Notes under the pieces: generated by a model
Database searches by the model: none
Told to the model about the DNA's origin: nothing
The model's input: only the letters and a program-made list of their open reading frames with translations
Translations under genes and position numbers: made by a program
Source of the DNA: Octopus vulgaris
Taxonomy: Eukaryota
DNA length: 64,000 nt
Reading direction: 5' to 3'
Assembly (NCBI GenBank): GCA_951406725.2
Contig: OX597816.1
Coordinates: 90,768,001-90,832,000, forward strand
Shown here: one piece after another, positions 1 to 13,950 of the stretch
Numbering within the stretch: the first letter of the stretch is position 1
How the letters are laid out: each line of letters starts with the position of its first letter

Positions 1-381
1 GGGACAAACAAGGACAGACAAAGGGATTAAGTCGATTAGATCGATTCCAGTGCGTAACTGGTACTTAATTTATCGACCCCGAAAGGATGAAAGGCAAAGT
101 CGACCTCGGCGGAATTTGAACTGAGAACGTAACGGCAGACGAAATACCTATTTCTTTACTACCCACAAGGGGCTAAACACAGAGAGGACAAACAAGGACA
201 GACAAACAGATAAAGTCAATTACATCGACCCCAGTGCATAACTGATACTTAATTTATCGACCCCGAAAGGATGAAAGGCAAAGTCGACCTCGGTGGAATT
301 TGAACTTAGAACGCAACGGCAGGCGAAATACCGCTAAGCATTTCGCCCGGCGTGCTAACGTTTCTGCCAGCTTGCCGTCTT
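1..381 (-). mobile_element. tRNA-derived SINE family A, multimeric copy (runs off window start)
   Basis: Minus strand starts AAGACGGCAAGCTGGCAGAAACGTTAGCACG (A-box-like), then GTTCAAATTCC (B box) and body GTCGACTTTGCCTTTCATCCTTTCGGGGTCGATAAATTAAGT. The body is repeated, and the same sequence recurs more than 10 times in the window. Confidence 0.85.
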
Positions 382-384
382 CCA

Positions 385-740
385 TGTAATGAAAGGTAAA
401 ATTGATTACGGTGGGATTTATAATCAGAATGTAAATTCCCTGATGAAATCTATAAGGCATTTTATCTAGGCCTGGCGATTCCGTTGTTCTGCTGCCAGAA
501 AATACAGAAGTAAAAAACACAAAAAAAAAAACATAAAAAGAAACTTTTTAGAGAACTTAAAAAAAAATTAATAATAATAATGTCTAACATAGACACAAGG
601 CAAAAAATTTGGTGTGAAGGGAACAAAACTAGGATTATATCAACTCCAGTACTTGACTAGTACTTATTTTGTAGACATCGGAAGGATTAAGGTAAAGCTG
701 ACCTAAACGAAATTTGAACTGCCAACGTTACAAGTCACAG
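385..740 (-). mobile_element. Two degenerate family A SINE copies
   Basis: Diverged matches to the family A body, e.g. ctagtacttattttgtagacatcggaaggattaaggtaaagctgacctaaacgaaatttgaact. Confidence 0.55.
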
Positions 741-932
741 AATTATCTATAAGCTACAAAGCGTTATGTTTGGGTCTGTGTGTCTGTGAATATCTCCCAA
801 TATACATCCTAGGATATATTTTTATATGCAATTGATGAGGAATGCTCAATACTCTGAAGTAGAACCAAAATAATGGAGTCTAACATACATTTCTCGATTT
901 ATATATCTATATACGCAAAAGCACTACGTACT

Positions 933-993
<61 letters not shown>

Positions 994-2894
994 CATTTCA
1001 CACGCACAAATTCACATACAGACGACATGTATGCGTATGTACTCATATGTATAATAGATAAGATATATGAACTTATGTAATGTGTTTTTGGTCAGCTAGG
1101 TGGCTGCTTTAAACGGACCGAATAGTATTGCTTTCTAACAGTAAAAAGATGGAGACAAAAACACTAATAGCCAGGTACAAGAACCTCTTGAGGCAATCTT
1201 CTTGGCTTGAGGAAATTTTCCAACACACAGCGACGTAGTACGAGAGCAAATGTTTTCATTTTAAATTTATAATCTCTTTGAAAGGTTCCGTGCATGTTGA
1301 GAGACATTGACTGTTTGCATTATTAGAAAGAATGATTCTTATAGCAGGTTCGGAAATCATAATAATCTCTAGTTATCTGTTAACTATGGGGATATAATAG
1401 AAAAAGCACACGAAAAAGGATAAAATTGAACGAAATCATCACGATTAGGGAACCAAAATAAGTCAAAACCAGAAAGCGAATTACGTGGAGATATCACACC
1501 ATGTAGAACTCCACATATTTTGGTGATTTGTTTAATTTGACTTCTTGAGACGGATTACAAGCAATTCATTGAAAACTCAGTAAAATATATAAAGAATTAA
1601 CTTACATCAGGCATTTTCCAGATAATCTCTGCTCCTGACACACACGAATCAGTAATAAAAATAGAATATTTGAATGGTATATGCTATTAGACTCTGTTGA
1701 TAAGGCAGAAACGAGAAATTATCACCTAAATGTAAACTATCCCTAAACAGCAGAAGATTGTTTTTTGTTCAAAATTATCAGAAGAAAATACGAAAGATGC
1801 AACAAAATGTTGGGTTATACTCACAGATGGAATGCCTTTATTCATAGACCTTCCCAGTCAGTACCGACTCGTCGGTAATAGACAAAAAAAAAATTCGAAA
1901 GCGAAAAACAAAAACAAAGCAAAAACCCGGCAACAATGCTCTCCTTGCTTACGGCGGTGAAACTCTTTGATCCGGGAACCAGCATCCTAACCCACACAGT
2001 TATCTGACATTCTTAATTTGTGTATAACTTTTTATTTGTTGATTTATTTTGACAACTGAATAACTTTTGGGTATGCAATAATTTTGGACAGCCAAGTACT
2101 TTCCCTCTTCTTTCTCTTCCTCTAATACACTCATTTATTCTGCCCCCAGCTGTTATGTAAATTTAATTTAAGGTTATATGCTTAGCTAATTGCTTAATTT
2201 CAAAATTTACGGTTTACATCACGAGAATAATGTATTTAGAAAATATGATATTTTGTAAGAAGATAAGTCTTACGTTGATTAAAACATTCATATTCCTCCA
2301 GACTAATTAATTAATATAGATTGCTTGCCATTTGATTTGGTATAGAAATACTAGTGTCATTTTCCCTGACTCTTATATTTAAAGAAATTGCAATGGGAAA
2401 TTAGAAATCTCTTAATATGAATTTTATTTCTAATTAACTAAAATACGCAGTAGTTTGATATTCCATACATTTAGACTGCGAAATATCACCACGTGTTGTA
2501 ATAGATCTCTATCATCGTTATAGATGAAAATAGTTAAGCTATAAATTGTCTGTATGTTTATGTTCTTGATGTGAGGCTAAAGAATAAAAAGGCTGAAACT
2601 AGTGCCTGTAGCCAGGCAACAAAACGAAAATAAGAAAGGTACGTAACCAATATGAGTTTATTTGAAATGTAACATTTAGTTTAAGCTCTCATAGAAAGTA
2701 GATTTCCTATAATACTTTCTACTATTTAATTCTAAATGACAAGTAGAAGGTTGCGAAGAAACATTAAAACACTGTTTTATTTATCTTAGTTATATATATT
2801 CAACTTCATCAATGTTATTTGTCAGAGATAAAACTGAAAACATCGTTGAGACAGATTATTGATCTAATATTGTAATTGTAAGAAGTGTATATAC

Positions 2895-3275
2895 CCATTT
2901 ATTCTCTCGAAAAGCGACGACGCCGTGGTTATCTCATTCTCGCTCACAACATCATAAGCGGAAAGTGTAACCTCTCGAAAGAGCTGTTCTTCACTCCTGC
3001 TCCAGAGCGTGGGCTGTGGGGTCACTCCAAAAAGCTCTATCTACGACGATTTCATCTCAATCAAAGGAGAGGGGCTTTCTCCGCCCGGGTTACGGATCCG
3101 TGGAATAAGCTGCCGGATGAGATAGTGAAGATGTCGACGACCGCTCGGTTCAAAGTCTCTCTTGACCAGAAATGGCCTGAACTCTTTGTATGACCACCCT
3201 CCCTGTACATAACTCCCTGTCCCGCTACATGGCCTTGCTTTTGCTATTTGAGCCATTAAAGATTGAATTGAATTT
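2895..3275 (+). mobile_element. 5'-truncated CR1-clade LINE, ORF2 C-terminus plus 3' UTR
   Basis: YSLEKRRRRGYLI...GLWGHSKKLY...RRGAFSARVTDPWNKLP...FKVSLD matches the CR1/L2 ORF2 C-terminal pattern (SLExRRxRGDLI, RGH, WNxLP, FKxxLD). It ends in TAAAGA(TTGAA)n. Confidence 0.85.
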
Positions 3276-4506
3276 TCTTTAGCACCCTTGCAACCATTTA
3301 CATTTACTACTAAATACTGTCAAAGAGGATTGAAGCTAACTAATATAATGAGTCGAATGAAATTTTGCCTCGCGCACAAGCACTATGGAGTTCCACAATC
3401 TTAATCATATATTGCCACTCAATCTTAAAGTACGTTACCCCTTACAGCTTATTAAATACGCAAAATGTTTCAAGTCATTATGGTATTAGAGACTATTTTC
3501 AGTCTGATATGGATTGTCAAGTACGCACAGAAATTATTAAAGAATTTAGAAGAATAGTGTAATAAACCAAAAAGCATGTATGTAGAGTTCTATAATGAAG
3601 ATGTGTCACTAATGGTGAGTGAAATGTTGCCAACTGTGAAGGAAGACTATTTAGTAATGGTGAGTTAATGCAAAAGTTGAACCGGCTATCAACAATGATC
3701 TTAAAATGATCACCGTTTCTAAATCCATTTATTTCATATCTTGGGAACGTTAGCGAAATTTAGTTTGAGCAGATAATAGCTTAATGTACCGATTAGCATT
3801 AATAAAGCATAACTTTCATTGGACTATTTAATTATAATTATAGTTCATTGTGGTATTTTGACAAAATCAACGTGTATCTGAATATTAATCAGACAAATCA
3901 TTATAGTTATGGAATTAGGAAATTATGATGCTCATATATTTCTCAGAAGTATACAATATTGAGACGCCTTCAATATGTAATGGAAACTATTTCAAATATT
4001 CAACTTTCTATAATTGCGGCTATTTTTTAATTTTGTTTTCGTGCATGGCCTTGATTAAAACGAAATGGAAATGAGAATGTTTGACGTTCCTAGCTTTATG
4101 GAGGATACTAGTCAATATACCCTTTAAATCAGGGAAAGAACTTATATAACAGTCTCGGCTCATCAGGAACTCAAACTTATTTAACAATGCTGGTCGCTGT
4201 TTCAAAATATGCATGACAGTACAAGGTTTTGGACATACATAATAACCTGTAGCTCAGAATTTCTGCTCAAAAGTCTCCTGAAGCGAAATGCACACCGAAA
4301 CCAAACTCCTTTAGGTTGTTCACTGATATATGATCGAAAGAATTGCTATTATTCTAGCAATCTACGTAATGTCGAACCTGAATTATTTCATAATTCAAGC
4401 TATTAACAACTTAGATTTCTTGAAAAACATACAAATAACATAGTTTTCCATTTTAAATCGATTGATTATTCAGCCATTTTCAAGAAATTAGATACATGTA
4501 AACGTA

Positions 4507-4615
4507 GTATGTATGTATGTATGTATGCATGTATGTATGTATGTATGTATGTATGTATGTATGTATGTATGTATGTATGTATGTATGTATGTATGTATGT
4601 ATGTATGTATGTATG

Positions 4616-4677
<62 letters not shown>

Positions 4678-4680
4678 TAT
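4507..4680. repeat. (TATG)n + (TA)n compound microsatellite
   Basis: Directly visible. Confidence 0.97.
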
Positions 4681-5941
4681 GCACACACATAAGTATGTGT
4701 GTTTGTGTAATATACATGTATTGACAACAGTATAGTTGTTACATATGGACTGAGCATAATCATATTTGATATACATAGGCCTCAAGATATTTCGTATATG
4801 GATATAGAACTTCATATCTTCAACAGTTTAGATATATTAAGAAGACTTTTCTGTATCTAACACTTGAAAGAAGTTTCATAAAGGGCTGGGAAGTTACTAG
4901 TATTTTTAAAATTGTACCAGTCTTTTTAGACAAGTATATAGAGGGAAAAATTATTTTGCTTTCGTGAAAAGACATTTTTAATAGAAAAAAACCCTACTGT
5001 AGCGTATTTAACTTGTTTAAATTATGAATTGAATTTATATAGCGTATAAATATCAATAGATCATCTAAATTAGGTGTTAAAAGAACTTGTAAGAGATGTT
5101 ATATGAGATTTTCATGTTTTCATCAACAAGAATTTATCTATTTGATGCATTATGGTAACTCTGTAAATAACGTTAAAAACTAACTTGTTAAAAATGGTGC
5201 TTTTTATATTTCAAAATATCACTGTATTCAGTGTATAACAGCTACTAATCCACTCAGAAAGTATTTGGAATTCTTATTTATTTAGATAAGAAGCAAACAT
5301 ACAAATGAAAAGAAAAAGGTATGAAACAATTTGATTTAAGATCGGTCTAAAAACGCACAATTTGATAAGTCAAAACAATATTGTCTTCATTTGTATACTA
5401 TATAAATCATTGTTAAGTCTTGTTAGGAAGAGTAAAGATTTTTAATTATTCTCTAAAAAATCCCTGAATCTCGGCTCTTATAAACGCCCGTTGTACTGTT
5501 TGGAATGCACGCATTATTGCAGGTAATCATAGATAACTAATTTTTTCTCTTAGTTAACTACATACCCAGAATGATTAAATTTTTCAAAGATGAATGTATG
5601 CAGAGAAATAGCTTTTACATATTTTTTTCTATTAAAAGATTATAAATTAATTATTGGATGCTCATATTATAAAAGCTGTTTGAGAGTGTTAGGGGAGAAA
5701 TATAAAAACACTATAATAGCTTAGGAAATTACTATTTTTAAAGCTCACAACATGAGATATTCAGCAGTAGCACTTTGTAGTAAAGATTGTTTGCCAGAAT
5801 AGCATGGCAGTCACGGTCTAGGACGAATATTGCTGTAATTTAGCCCCAGGAGATATCGTCTCCAGCTGGCTATACGACACGATCTGTGTCCTTAAATTTT
5901 CGAACAAGGGAATCTAGCATCCCACTCAGCTCAAGACAATA

Positions 5942-5986
5942 TCTGTGTATCGCGATTTCCGGGTTGTTTCCTGTCATCAGCACAGA
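5942..5986 (-). ncRNA. Minimal type I hammerhead ribozyme motif
   Basis: Minus strand reads TCTGTG-CTGATGA-CAGG AAACAA CCCG-GAAA-TCGCGA-TA-CACAGA. Stem I is 6 bp, the core is intact, stem II has one A-C mismatch, stem III is the palindrome ATCGCGAT, and the cleavage triplet is AUA. Confidence 0.8.
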
Positions 5987-6043
5987 ATAATTGTTCGGCT
6001 AGAGAAATTATATATATCGAACGGGAATTAGCCGAACGATTAT

Positions 6044-6088
6044 TCTGTGCTGATGAAGGGAAATAGCCCGGAAATTGCGATACACAGA
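6044..6088 (+). ncRNA. Minimal type I hammerhead ribozyme motif (second arm)
   Basis: TCTGTG-CTGATGA-AGGG AAATAG CCCG-GAAA-TTGCGA-TA-CACAGA. The core is intact, the first stem II pair is mismatched, and predicted cleavage is after 6082. Confidence 0.75.
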
Positions 6089-7479
6089 TATTGTTTTGAG
6101 CTGCGTGGGGGTGCTAGATTTCCTTGTTCGAAAATGTAAGGACACAGATCGTGTCGTATAGCCAGCTGGAGATGATGTCTCCCGGGGCTAAATTACAGCA
6201 ACATTCGTCCTGGACCGGGACTGCCATGATATGTTGGCAAACAATCTTTTCTACACTATGATAGCTGTTCTCATGGGCTTGTTTTGCTTAACGTCTAATT
6301 TTGGGTTGTATGAAATTCTTTCTATGAGATTATGCATTTTTACGGCGTGGTACAATACAGATTCATCTGAAAACACAAAAAAGAAAAAAATGAGAACACG
6401 ATCCAAATAACTATTGGGTGCCTTCTCTTTTCACTGTCGCATTAAATGGAAGCACTTAAGACAGGTGCAGAACATATAAACTATTTGCTTCTGTAGAAAT
6501 GTCTGCTGTACGTTCAAGAAAGTTGGAAAATTTTCTAGGTCACTTCCAGAACATAGCTGTCGTAAAGACGATATAAAGATATTTTTATATTTAAGTGTCT
6601 ACTAGGCTGACTGATAGTAGTTATAGCAAGGGAATTAAATCTCAATAAGTTTTGAATGCTCTGTTTACTTTGATTTTCCAACAATCCAATTGAAATTGGT
6701 TTTAACTTTAAATAAAAATTGAATATACTTGGTTTATATATGCATGGAACGTAAGCGACACAACCTTGCAATAAGTGATCAAACTTTAATTTTTGAATGA
6801 AAAAAAAGTTAAATATGAATTTATCTAATACTTCAAACTGAAATTTCGAGTAGCTAATTTTGAAAAAAAAAAAAAAAAGAAAAAAAGTAATTGTAGTCCG
6901 TTTGACTGATTCACAATATTTCAGCAACTTAATTTTTTATGATAGAACAGTATCAGTAGAAGATAGTTCAAAAAACGAGACAAGATTTGTAAGACTAACT
7001 TTTGAGACGAATTGATCTGATAAGTTATTGGCACTTTTTTCATATCAAGGTAAATAAAGGTTTCCTAATGTTTTCTTTTAAGAATTTCATGGTAAATTAA
7101 TAATGTAAAATAGTTTTCGAAAGTGATTTTATATATTCTCATTGCATTTTTCTCTGACACCGCCTTATAATCTTATAATTGAAATTTCAGCGATAGGCTT
7201 AACCCGTCGCCAAATTTTACGCCACCACATGATCTTGGATGCCTTTAACGGAGCACAGCATATTACATGCATTCAGGTCAAGCCTCTGGTTTAAAGATAA
7301 CTTATAATTATACTCTACAACGTGTATTTATTACTTTCCCCTCTTATTCGTTATAAACTATGCGTGTGTGTGCGTGTGTGCCTGAATACGTATTTATGCG
7401 TACATATGCGCATACATGTACATATACTTATAAATATACTCATACACACACACAGAGTCACACGTACACATAAACTTAC

Positions 7480-7585
7480 ATGATGGTGGTTGATCGCCAT
7501 TGTTCGGCCTTGAGAATTCCGTTGTGTAATCAACTGAATTACCTGCTCCTGATTTAACGTGTACGTGATGTTTCGTAACTTCATT
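7480..7585 (-). CDS. Weak candidate exon of an unknown minus-strand gene
   Basis: Acceptor ctaattctgtcttAG and donor GTAAGT; open in two frames (NEVTKHHVHVKSGAGNSVDYTTEFSRPNNGDQPPS or MKLRNITY...). No homology recognised. Confidence 0.2.
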
Positions 7586-8262
7586 CTAAGACAGAATTAG
7601 CGTGTCACGGTTGTGGATTTTGATTCACAAGAGCAATCACCCCGCCAGACTGCTATACAATTTCTCTATACTGAATTGCACTCATATATGTGAGAGTGAA
7701 ATACGTTGTAGAAATTACATTTACTTAATATACCACGCAGTAAGATCGAACTCAAAATTTTGTTGCTAAACAAAATTGAACACACATACACAAGGTACGT
7801 GGGTCAGAAGCGGTTTTTAGGCGTAAGAGAATGTATTCTCTATGCGCCTGGTGCAAAGAACACCTGTCATACCTTGTGTATGTGTGTTCGATTTTGTTCA
7901 TATACTTCGAGCTGCTTCTAATTTATATTTGAATTTCTTTCGTGACATAAAACGTTAGGGCATGTCAGCAGATGGTGTTTAGTCCCTTTAGCATATAGTC
8001 ATACTCGGCGATATGGCTTGCAGCAAGCCTTATTCGGTAAGCAGCATCGATAAGTCAAAACTGATGAAACATCGACGTTTGTTGTTCCGAGAACTTGATG
8101 TGAGTTGTCTCGCTTGACTCTGACTTACTTTCACGGGTTACACCAGGCGCATAGATAATATATTATCTTGCACCTGAAAACCGCAGCCGATCATCCAACT
8201 AACAACACACGTACCCTGTGTATGTGTTCGATTTTGTTTATATAGGTATGTGTATGTGTGTT

Positions 8263-8299
<37 letters not shown>

Positions 8300-8339
8300 T
8301 GCGTGTGTGTGCGTGCGTATACACACACATGCGAGTGTA

Positions 8340-8590
8340 AGGGACATTAAACAGTACGTTTCATAATCAGGAGTTCCAGGTTTCGATTCAACTGCGTGGC
8401 ATCTTGGGCAAATATCTTCTACCATAGCCTCGAGGCAGGTTAAATGTTTGTGGGTGAAACTGGGGAGATAGAGGTTGTGTAGAAAGCTTTCAGATGAACT
8501 TATCTGTAATTCAGAAGTCTAGCCTTGTGGATTTTCCTTGAGAAATACGTTAAGGGTTCCAGCATCAGTGGCATACTCCGTCACTAAAAC
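8340..8590 (+). mobile_element. Degenerate CORE-type SINE head followed by a fragment of the family C SINE body
   Basis: ctgcgtggcatcttgggcaaatatcttctaccatagcctcg matches the CORE segment. 8500-8585 resembles the reverse complement of 51890-51975. Confidence 0.6.
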
Positions 8591-10877
8591 TATTGTTCAA
8601 TGAGTAAGTAGCTACAGTTGATCGAACAATTGGTTTATTCATAGCATAAACCGACTGGTGAACCATTTACTTTTATGTGAGTATAAAACAGAAAACAAAA
8701 ACTATTATTCCAATAAGAATTAAATTCCAATGCTTTGTTTCTTTTAAGGATGCCTTAATCATTTCATTTATCTTGTGGTGTACACGAGACGGTTTAACGT
8801 AACCATAATATACTCTCATTGTATATTCCCTAATGTAACACGTGTTCACTATTAGTCACACAAAGCAATGTTAATGTTCCGATGGCAGGTGATAGCTATA
8901 TTAAATATAAAATACTAAACACTAACAGAGCAAGAGGTAGTGCTCTTATTCGTTTCTTAATGTATTTTTATTCTTCTTATGAAAGTTTTGTATGTTGTAG
9001 TTCGGACAATGTTTTTTTCGTCTTACATTATGTTTTGAGAAATTATTTCAATTTCTATAAAATTTAATCTGCCATAACTTTCATAATAAAATTTTATTGA
9101 TGTTGTTTAGCTTTAGATAGACTGTGGTCGAGCAGATGTATAATAGAAGGTATTCCTTCAAAACCAGATGAAATGCCATCGCTCTTCGATAAAGACATCA
9201 TCTCAAAACTCGAAGCATTAGATTTCTCTTTTACCTCTTGACAAAAGTTTAATCAATTGTTTGAAGGGTTTTTATTATATTTTGTTGGCACTGCATTCAT
9301 CTGATTCAAAATGTTTTACTATATTGGTAACTAAAGGGAAATTACACCGAGTATTTTAATTAGATTTTTCCTCACTCAGTATTGATTGTGAAAGCAGAAA
9401 CTTGACTTTTATGTTTATTGAGCTCTATAGATGTGTCCTACTCTCCTAGACCATTCAACTTGTATTTGATACTTGAAACCAAATAGAATAAGATTCTATA
9501 GGAAACTGAGAATTTGAATGATTTCAATAAAATAATTATTGTTTTTCATGAAATGTTCTTATGAGTTGCTGGAAAATATGAAAACTGAGTTTATCTACTC
9601 ATAGTTTATACTCTGTTCTATTTATTATCGCTTTAAGAAAAACAGTTTCCTATTTTTAACAATAAAAACAATTGCCAGTTTTCGTTTCATTATTTGAAAT
9701 TAAACTGTCAAATTTTTATTTTTTATCTTTTACTGAGAGTACAATACCGATTTCAGTACAGGAAAAATGAATCACGTCCATGATCTGCTTAGCTTACCCA
9801 CTTCGCTAAATAATGGTTAGCTATAATTTCCTGCTCATTTACGTTATTTATGAAAGTTTAAGAATATGAAAATTACTAACATTTTGTTTAAAATCGTATT
9901 TAATCAACGTGAGTTTGTCAGTAATAGGCGAAATTGAAATATTAATGAACTCTATTTTGAACATAAATTTTTCCTTAGGTAGACAGGTATTAGAGGTCGG
10001 GGATTAGAATACTTTTTATTAGGTATCAAAACCAGTACGCCGATTCAACTTACGGGAACTTATTACTTCGATGGTAACAAGTAGTAAGGCATTTATCATA
10101 AAAATCGACCGAAAATAGTTTGCACGTGTTATAATTAGGAAATAAGTCCCAAAAGATAAAGAAAAACATTTTCTAATTGTATATTGCACTCAATATTAAG
10201 CCTAGTAAAATTGATTCTATTGCTCTGTAAAAACAATTATTTTTATTTTTATTCTAAATTTAGATGTAAAATTTTCCTTTTTGCTTGATATTCTTTGTTG
10301 AAATGAAAGAAAGAAATACTAAAACTGAGACCATAATACATAAATTCTAACACAAAAAAGCAAAACAAACAAACAGTTGACTTGCAAATACTCAACGATT
10401 GAAGCATTGCTTTAGTGACACAAACACTTCCCAGAAGAAAATAAGCTTCAGTTAAATATACCTTCCCTGTTTGAATCTCAACTCTATTATTTGCGACACT
10501 TTAAACTCTTAGAGGATGATTTGTCATCGTATGATATTAGGTGATTCATTCTCTTGGCTAGTACTTGACTTCTCATTTTCTTCAAATGTATATCCTTCGT
10601 GCCGAACATCCCATATCCATAACAGCAGTCTTAAAGAGTCAAGGCTAATGTTTGGTCAATTCATACGAGGTACTATGCCAACAGTAAACTGAAATACATT
10701 TATCTTACTGAAATAACCTTTCGTAAGTGTCTGAGACACATCACATGAGGGCAGCAATCATTCGAGCATTAACAGGCACTGACAACGGGAAAAGGATTTT
10801 GTAAAATTTAAAATGATATATCACCTGGTGATATATAAAACTTTGCTTTCTCTCGCCTCACCTCCTCACCATTCTTC

Positions 10878-10945
<68 letters not shown>

Positions 10946-11099
10946 GAGAAATACGGAGTGAGAGAGTACATACTCCTGTATTACTCAATGTATATTATTT
11001 AACTACATACCATAGAATGCAATGGTGCTTACTTCGAAGACACTTTTCTGACTTATCTCAAGACGGCAACATAACCAAAAGTTACCTCAGTGTATAAAT

Positions 11100-11410
11100 C
11101 TATGGTAGTATTTTCAGTAAGTTGTAGATCAGTGTGGGTAACCATATTGGCATTGGATATCTCTGGATGATGTCAGTAGAGTGGAGAATGTTTGTGCAAA
11201 CCTGTGCGTAAAATTTTAAGTTGTGTAATAGCCGGCGAGGCGATTTTCCGATGCTGAGTCGGGTAGGAGAGACCCACGGCAAGTATACATCCGCAGGTGC
11301 GAACGTGGATGAAGCCGATGAAGGTGCAATAACCTCATGCACGGTCATTGATGTTATTTTGGAAGAGCAAAGGTCAATGATAGTCTTCCTCGGTCACAAG
11401 TGGACAGCTA
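11100..11410 (-). pseudogene. Possible highly degenerate LINE APE endonuclease remnant
   Basis: Minus-strand ...ADVYLP... and, across frameshifts, YP-NANMVTHTD-YNLLKI, loosely resembling the VYxP and GDxNLP motifs. Locally higher GC. Confidence 0.25.
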
Positions 11411-11437
11411 TCACACACACACACATATGTGTGTGTG

Positions 11438-11647
11438 AAGGCGCGTGGCCTAGTGGTCAAGCTGTTGCACTCACGATTCCCTGACATTTCACGTTGCTCC
11501 AGGTCCCTTTCCGGCCAGAGGGTGGAGCGGCGGAAACGTTTATCTGCTCAACTAGCCAGTGGGGTAGCGTCATTTGAAAACTAAAACAATGCAAAAACGC
11601 AGCGATGTGTAACAACATCAAACAACCTGGTCGGTCACGTGATCATG

Positions 11648-11648
<1 letters not shown>
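11438..11648 (+). mobile_element. tRNA-headed SINE (family D), internally deleted
   Basis: GGCGCGTGGCCTAGTGG A box followed by tttcacgttgctccag. Related degenerate copies at ~39705-39830 and ~58788-58890. Confidence 0.6.
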
Positions 11649-11696
<48 letters not shown>

Positions 11697-12008
11697 AGAA
11701 AAAAACAGTATGGTAAAACTTATTCTTATTTTACAACAATTGTTTCACATCTTAAAACATGCAATGATAATTTATTTTGTTATATTTTATAATAAGTAAA
11801 TTACTTACATGTCTATATTAATATAAAATATCTTTAAATTAATGCAGATATTATGCTAGCTCACCGGGTGAAAGAAAAAAATCCATGTTAAACAATAATC
11901 CCTCGACATAACGCTTCAAGAACGCAGCGTGCCTGCTTCTCACTCACAAAACGTGGTCAGAAAGCACCCTGTCTTTCAATGTTATATCCAGCATGATCTC
12001 TAGTTCAC

Positions 12009-12091
<83 letters not shown>

Positions 12092-12126
12092 TATATACGC
12101 ATATATACACTTATTTATTTACATAT

Positions 12127-12234
12127 ACTCTCTTTACTCTTTTACTTGTTTCAGTCATTTGACTGCGGCGATGCTGGAGCACCGCCTTTAATCGAGCAAC
12201 TCGACCCGGAACTTATTTTTTTGTAAGCCCAGTA

Positions 12235-12284
<50 letters not shown>

Positions 12285-12455
12285 ATATATACGACGGACT
12301 TCTTTCAGTTTCCGTCTACCAAATTCAATCACAAGGCTTTGGTCGGCCCGAGGCTATAGTAGAAGACACTTGCCCAAGGTGCCACGTAGTGGGACTGAAC
12401 CCGGAGCCATATGGTTGGTAAACAAGCTACTTACCACACAGCCACTCATGCGCCT
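12127..12455 (-). mobile_element. CORE-type (OR2-like) tRNA SINE with internal (TA)n
   Basis: Minus strand: GAGTGGCTGTGTGGTAAG (A box), GGGTTCAGTCCC (B box), CGTGGCACCTTGGGCAAGTGTCTT (CORE-like), tail GCAGTCAAATGACTGAAACAAGTAAAAGAG. Confidence 0.85.
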
Positions 12456-13058
12456 ATATTTTTTTTATATTTATATGTTTACATATATGTGTTTGTCTAG
12501 ATATATATTTGAACGGACAAAAAGTTTGCAACACTTGATTTTGTTTTTTCTTTTTTCCTTTCTCCTTTTTGTGTTTTTATTATTCTACTTTTTGTCCGTT
12601 TTGTCCAGCGTCCTTTGTATTTTTTCCAATCAAATAAATAGATAGTTAAAAAGGACGGGCTATGTTGTATATTTGAGTCTGACAGACTGCTTAGAAGCAC
12701 AAGCTTGATATATAAGTTTACCAATTTATTGTGCTTTCACTGCATGAAACTAATATTAGGTCGTATTTAAATATTGTGTATATTAAATGATACATACACA
12801 CATACATACATACATACATACATACATACATAATGTGTATGTATGTATGTATATATATATATATATATATACACGCACACAAACACACGTGCACTTATAT
12901 ACATGTATTATATGTGTGTGTGTGCGCGCTTGCGTGTTTATATGTGTACCCATGCATATACACGGGTATATGTAGCTGTGCATATATATATGTATGCATG
13001 TATATATATATATATATATATACGTTTATATATATATATATGTATGTGTATGTATATG

Positions 13059-13128
<70 letters not shown>

Positions 13129-13307
13129 TATATGTATATATATGTGTATATATATATATATATACACGCTCACACACATAATTGCGCGTATCTAGACGTA
13201 TACTTCAAATTGATGTTATTGCAACAGACAGGTTTTCCAGTATATATGCTTATAAATATCTTAAACGCAACCTAGATGTCCCTAATCGTTTCTTTGATCT
13301 TTAATAT

Positions 13308-13363
13308 AAGCAAAAGCGGAAGCAAGAAGCGGAAGCAAAAGGCGGAAGCAAGAGGCGGAAGCT
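13308..13363. repeat. ~12-13-bp minisatellite (AAGCAARA(G)GCGG) x4
   Basis: aagcaaaagcgg aagcaagaagcgg aagcaaaaggcgg aagcaagaggcgg aagc. Confidence 0.85.
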
Positions 13364-13950
13364 AAACAAAAATTGCATCCCCCACCTTATTTCCCAGTAT
13401 TAAGCATGTATATATATTTTTGCTGAGACTTATGTTTCTATATGTTTCATGCAAATCATTAAATACGAATATTCTACTTGTTAGCTGACTGAATTCCTGT
13501 AAATAAATATCTTTCGGAATATTTAGAATTTGGTCTTAATGAAGAGGTTATGCGGTAACATCAATAAAACATTTGGCCCAGAAGCATCCACTACACTCCT
13601 CTGTAGAGTGAAGCATAATCGTCACAAAAATCATCGATTAAAACTAAGCCGATATATGTTCTAAAAGCATATTTATACGTCAGCTTAAAACTTCTATATG
13701 AGACAAAGTTTTTAAATATGACACAAAACAAATCTTTCTCAAATTTGACAAATGTTAGCTGATGTTTTATTAGGTAGGCTATATTCACTTCGGAGGATAT
13801 ATATTTGCCATGTATATTAGCTTTGTAAAGATAGAAATCTGAACAAATTGTAGAAGCAATATTTCGTTCTTCGATGTTAACTATGTGGTATATATGTTAG
13901 TGATACAACATATTTGAAACAATTATTTCATATTTAATGCTATTGTAAAA

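Larger units (their letters stand above)
5776..6255. repeat. Long inverted repeat (~226-bp arms, 27-bp spacer); probable Penelope-like pseudo-LTR pair
   Basis: 5776-6001 is the reverse complement of 6029-6255, about 90% identical by eye. Each arm carries a hammerhead motif. Confidence 0.9.
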
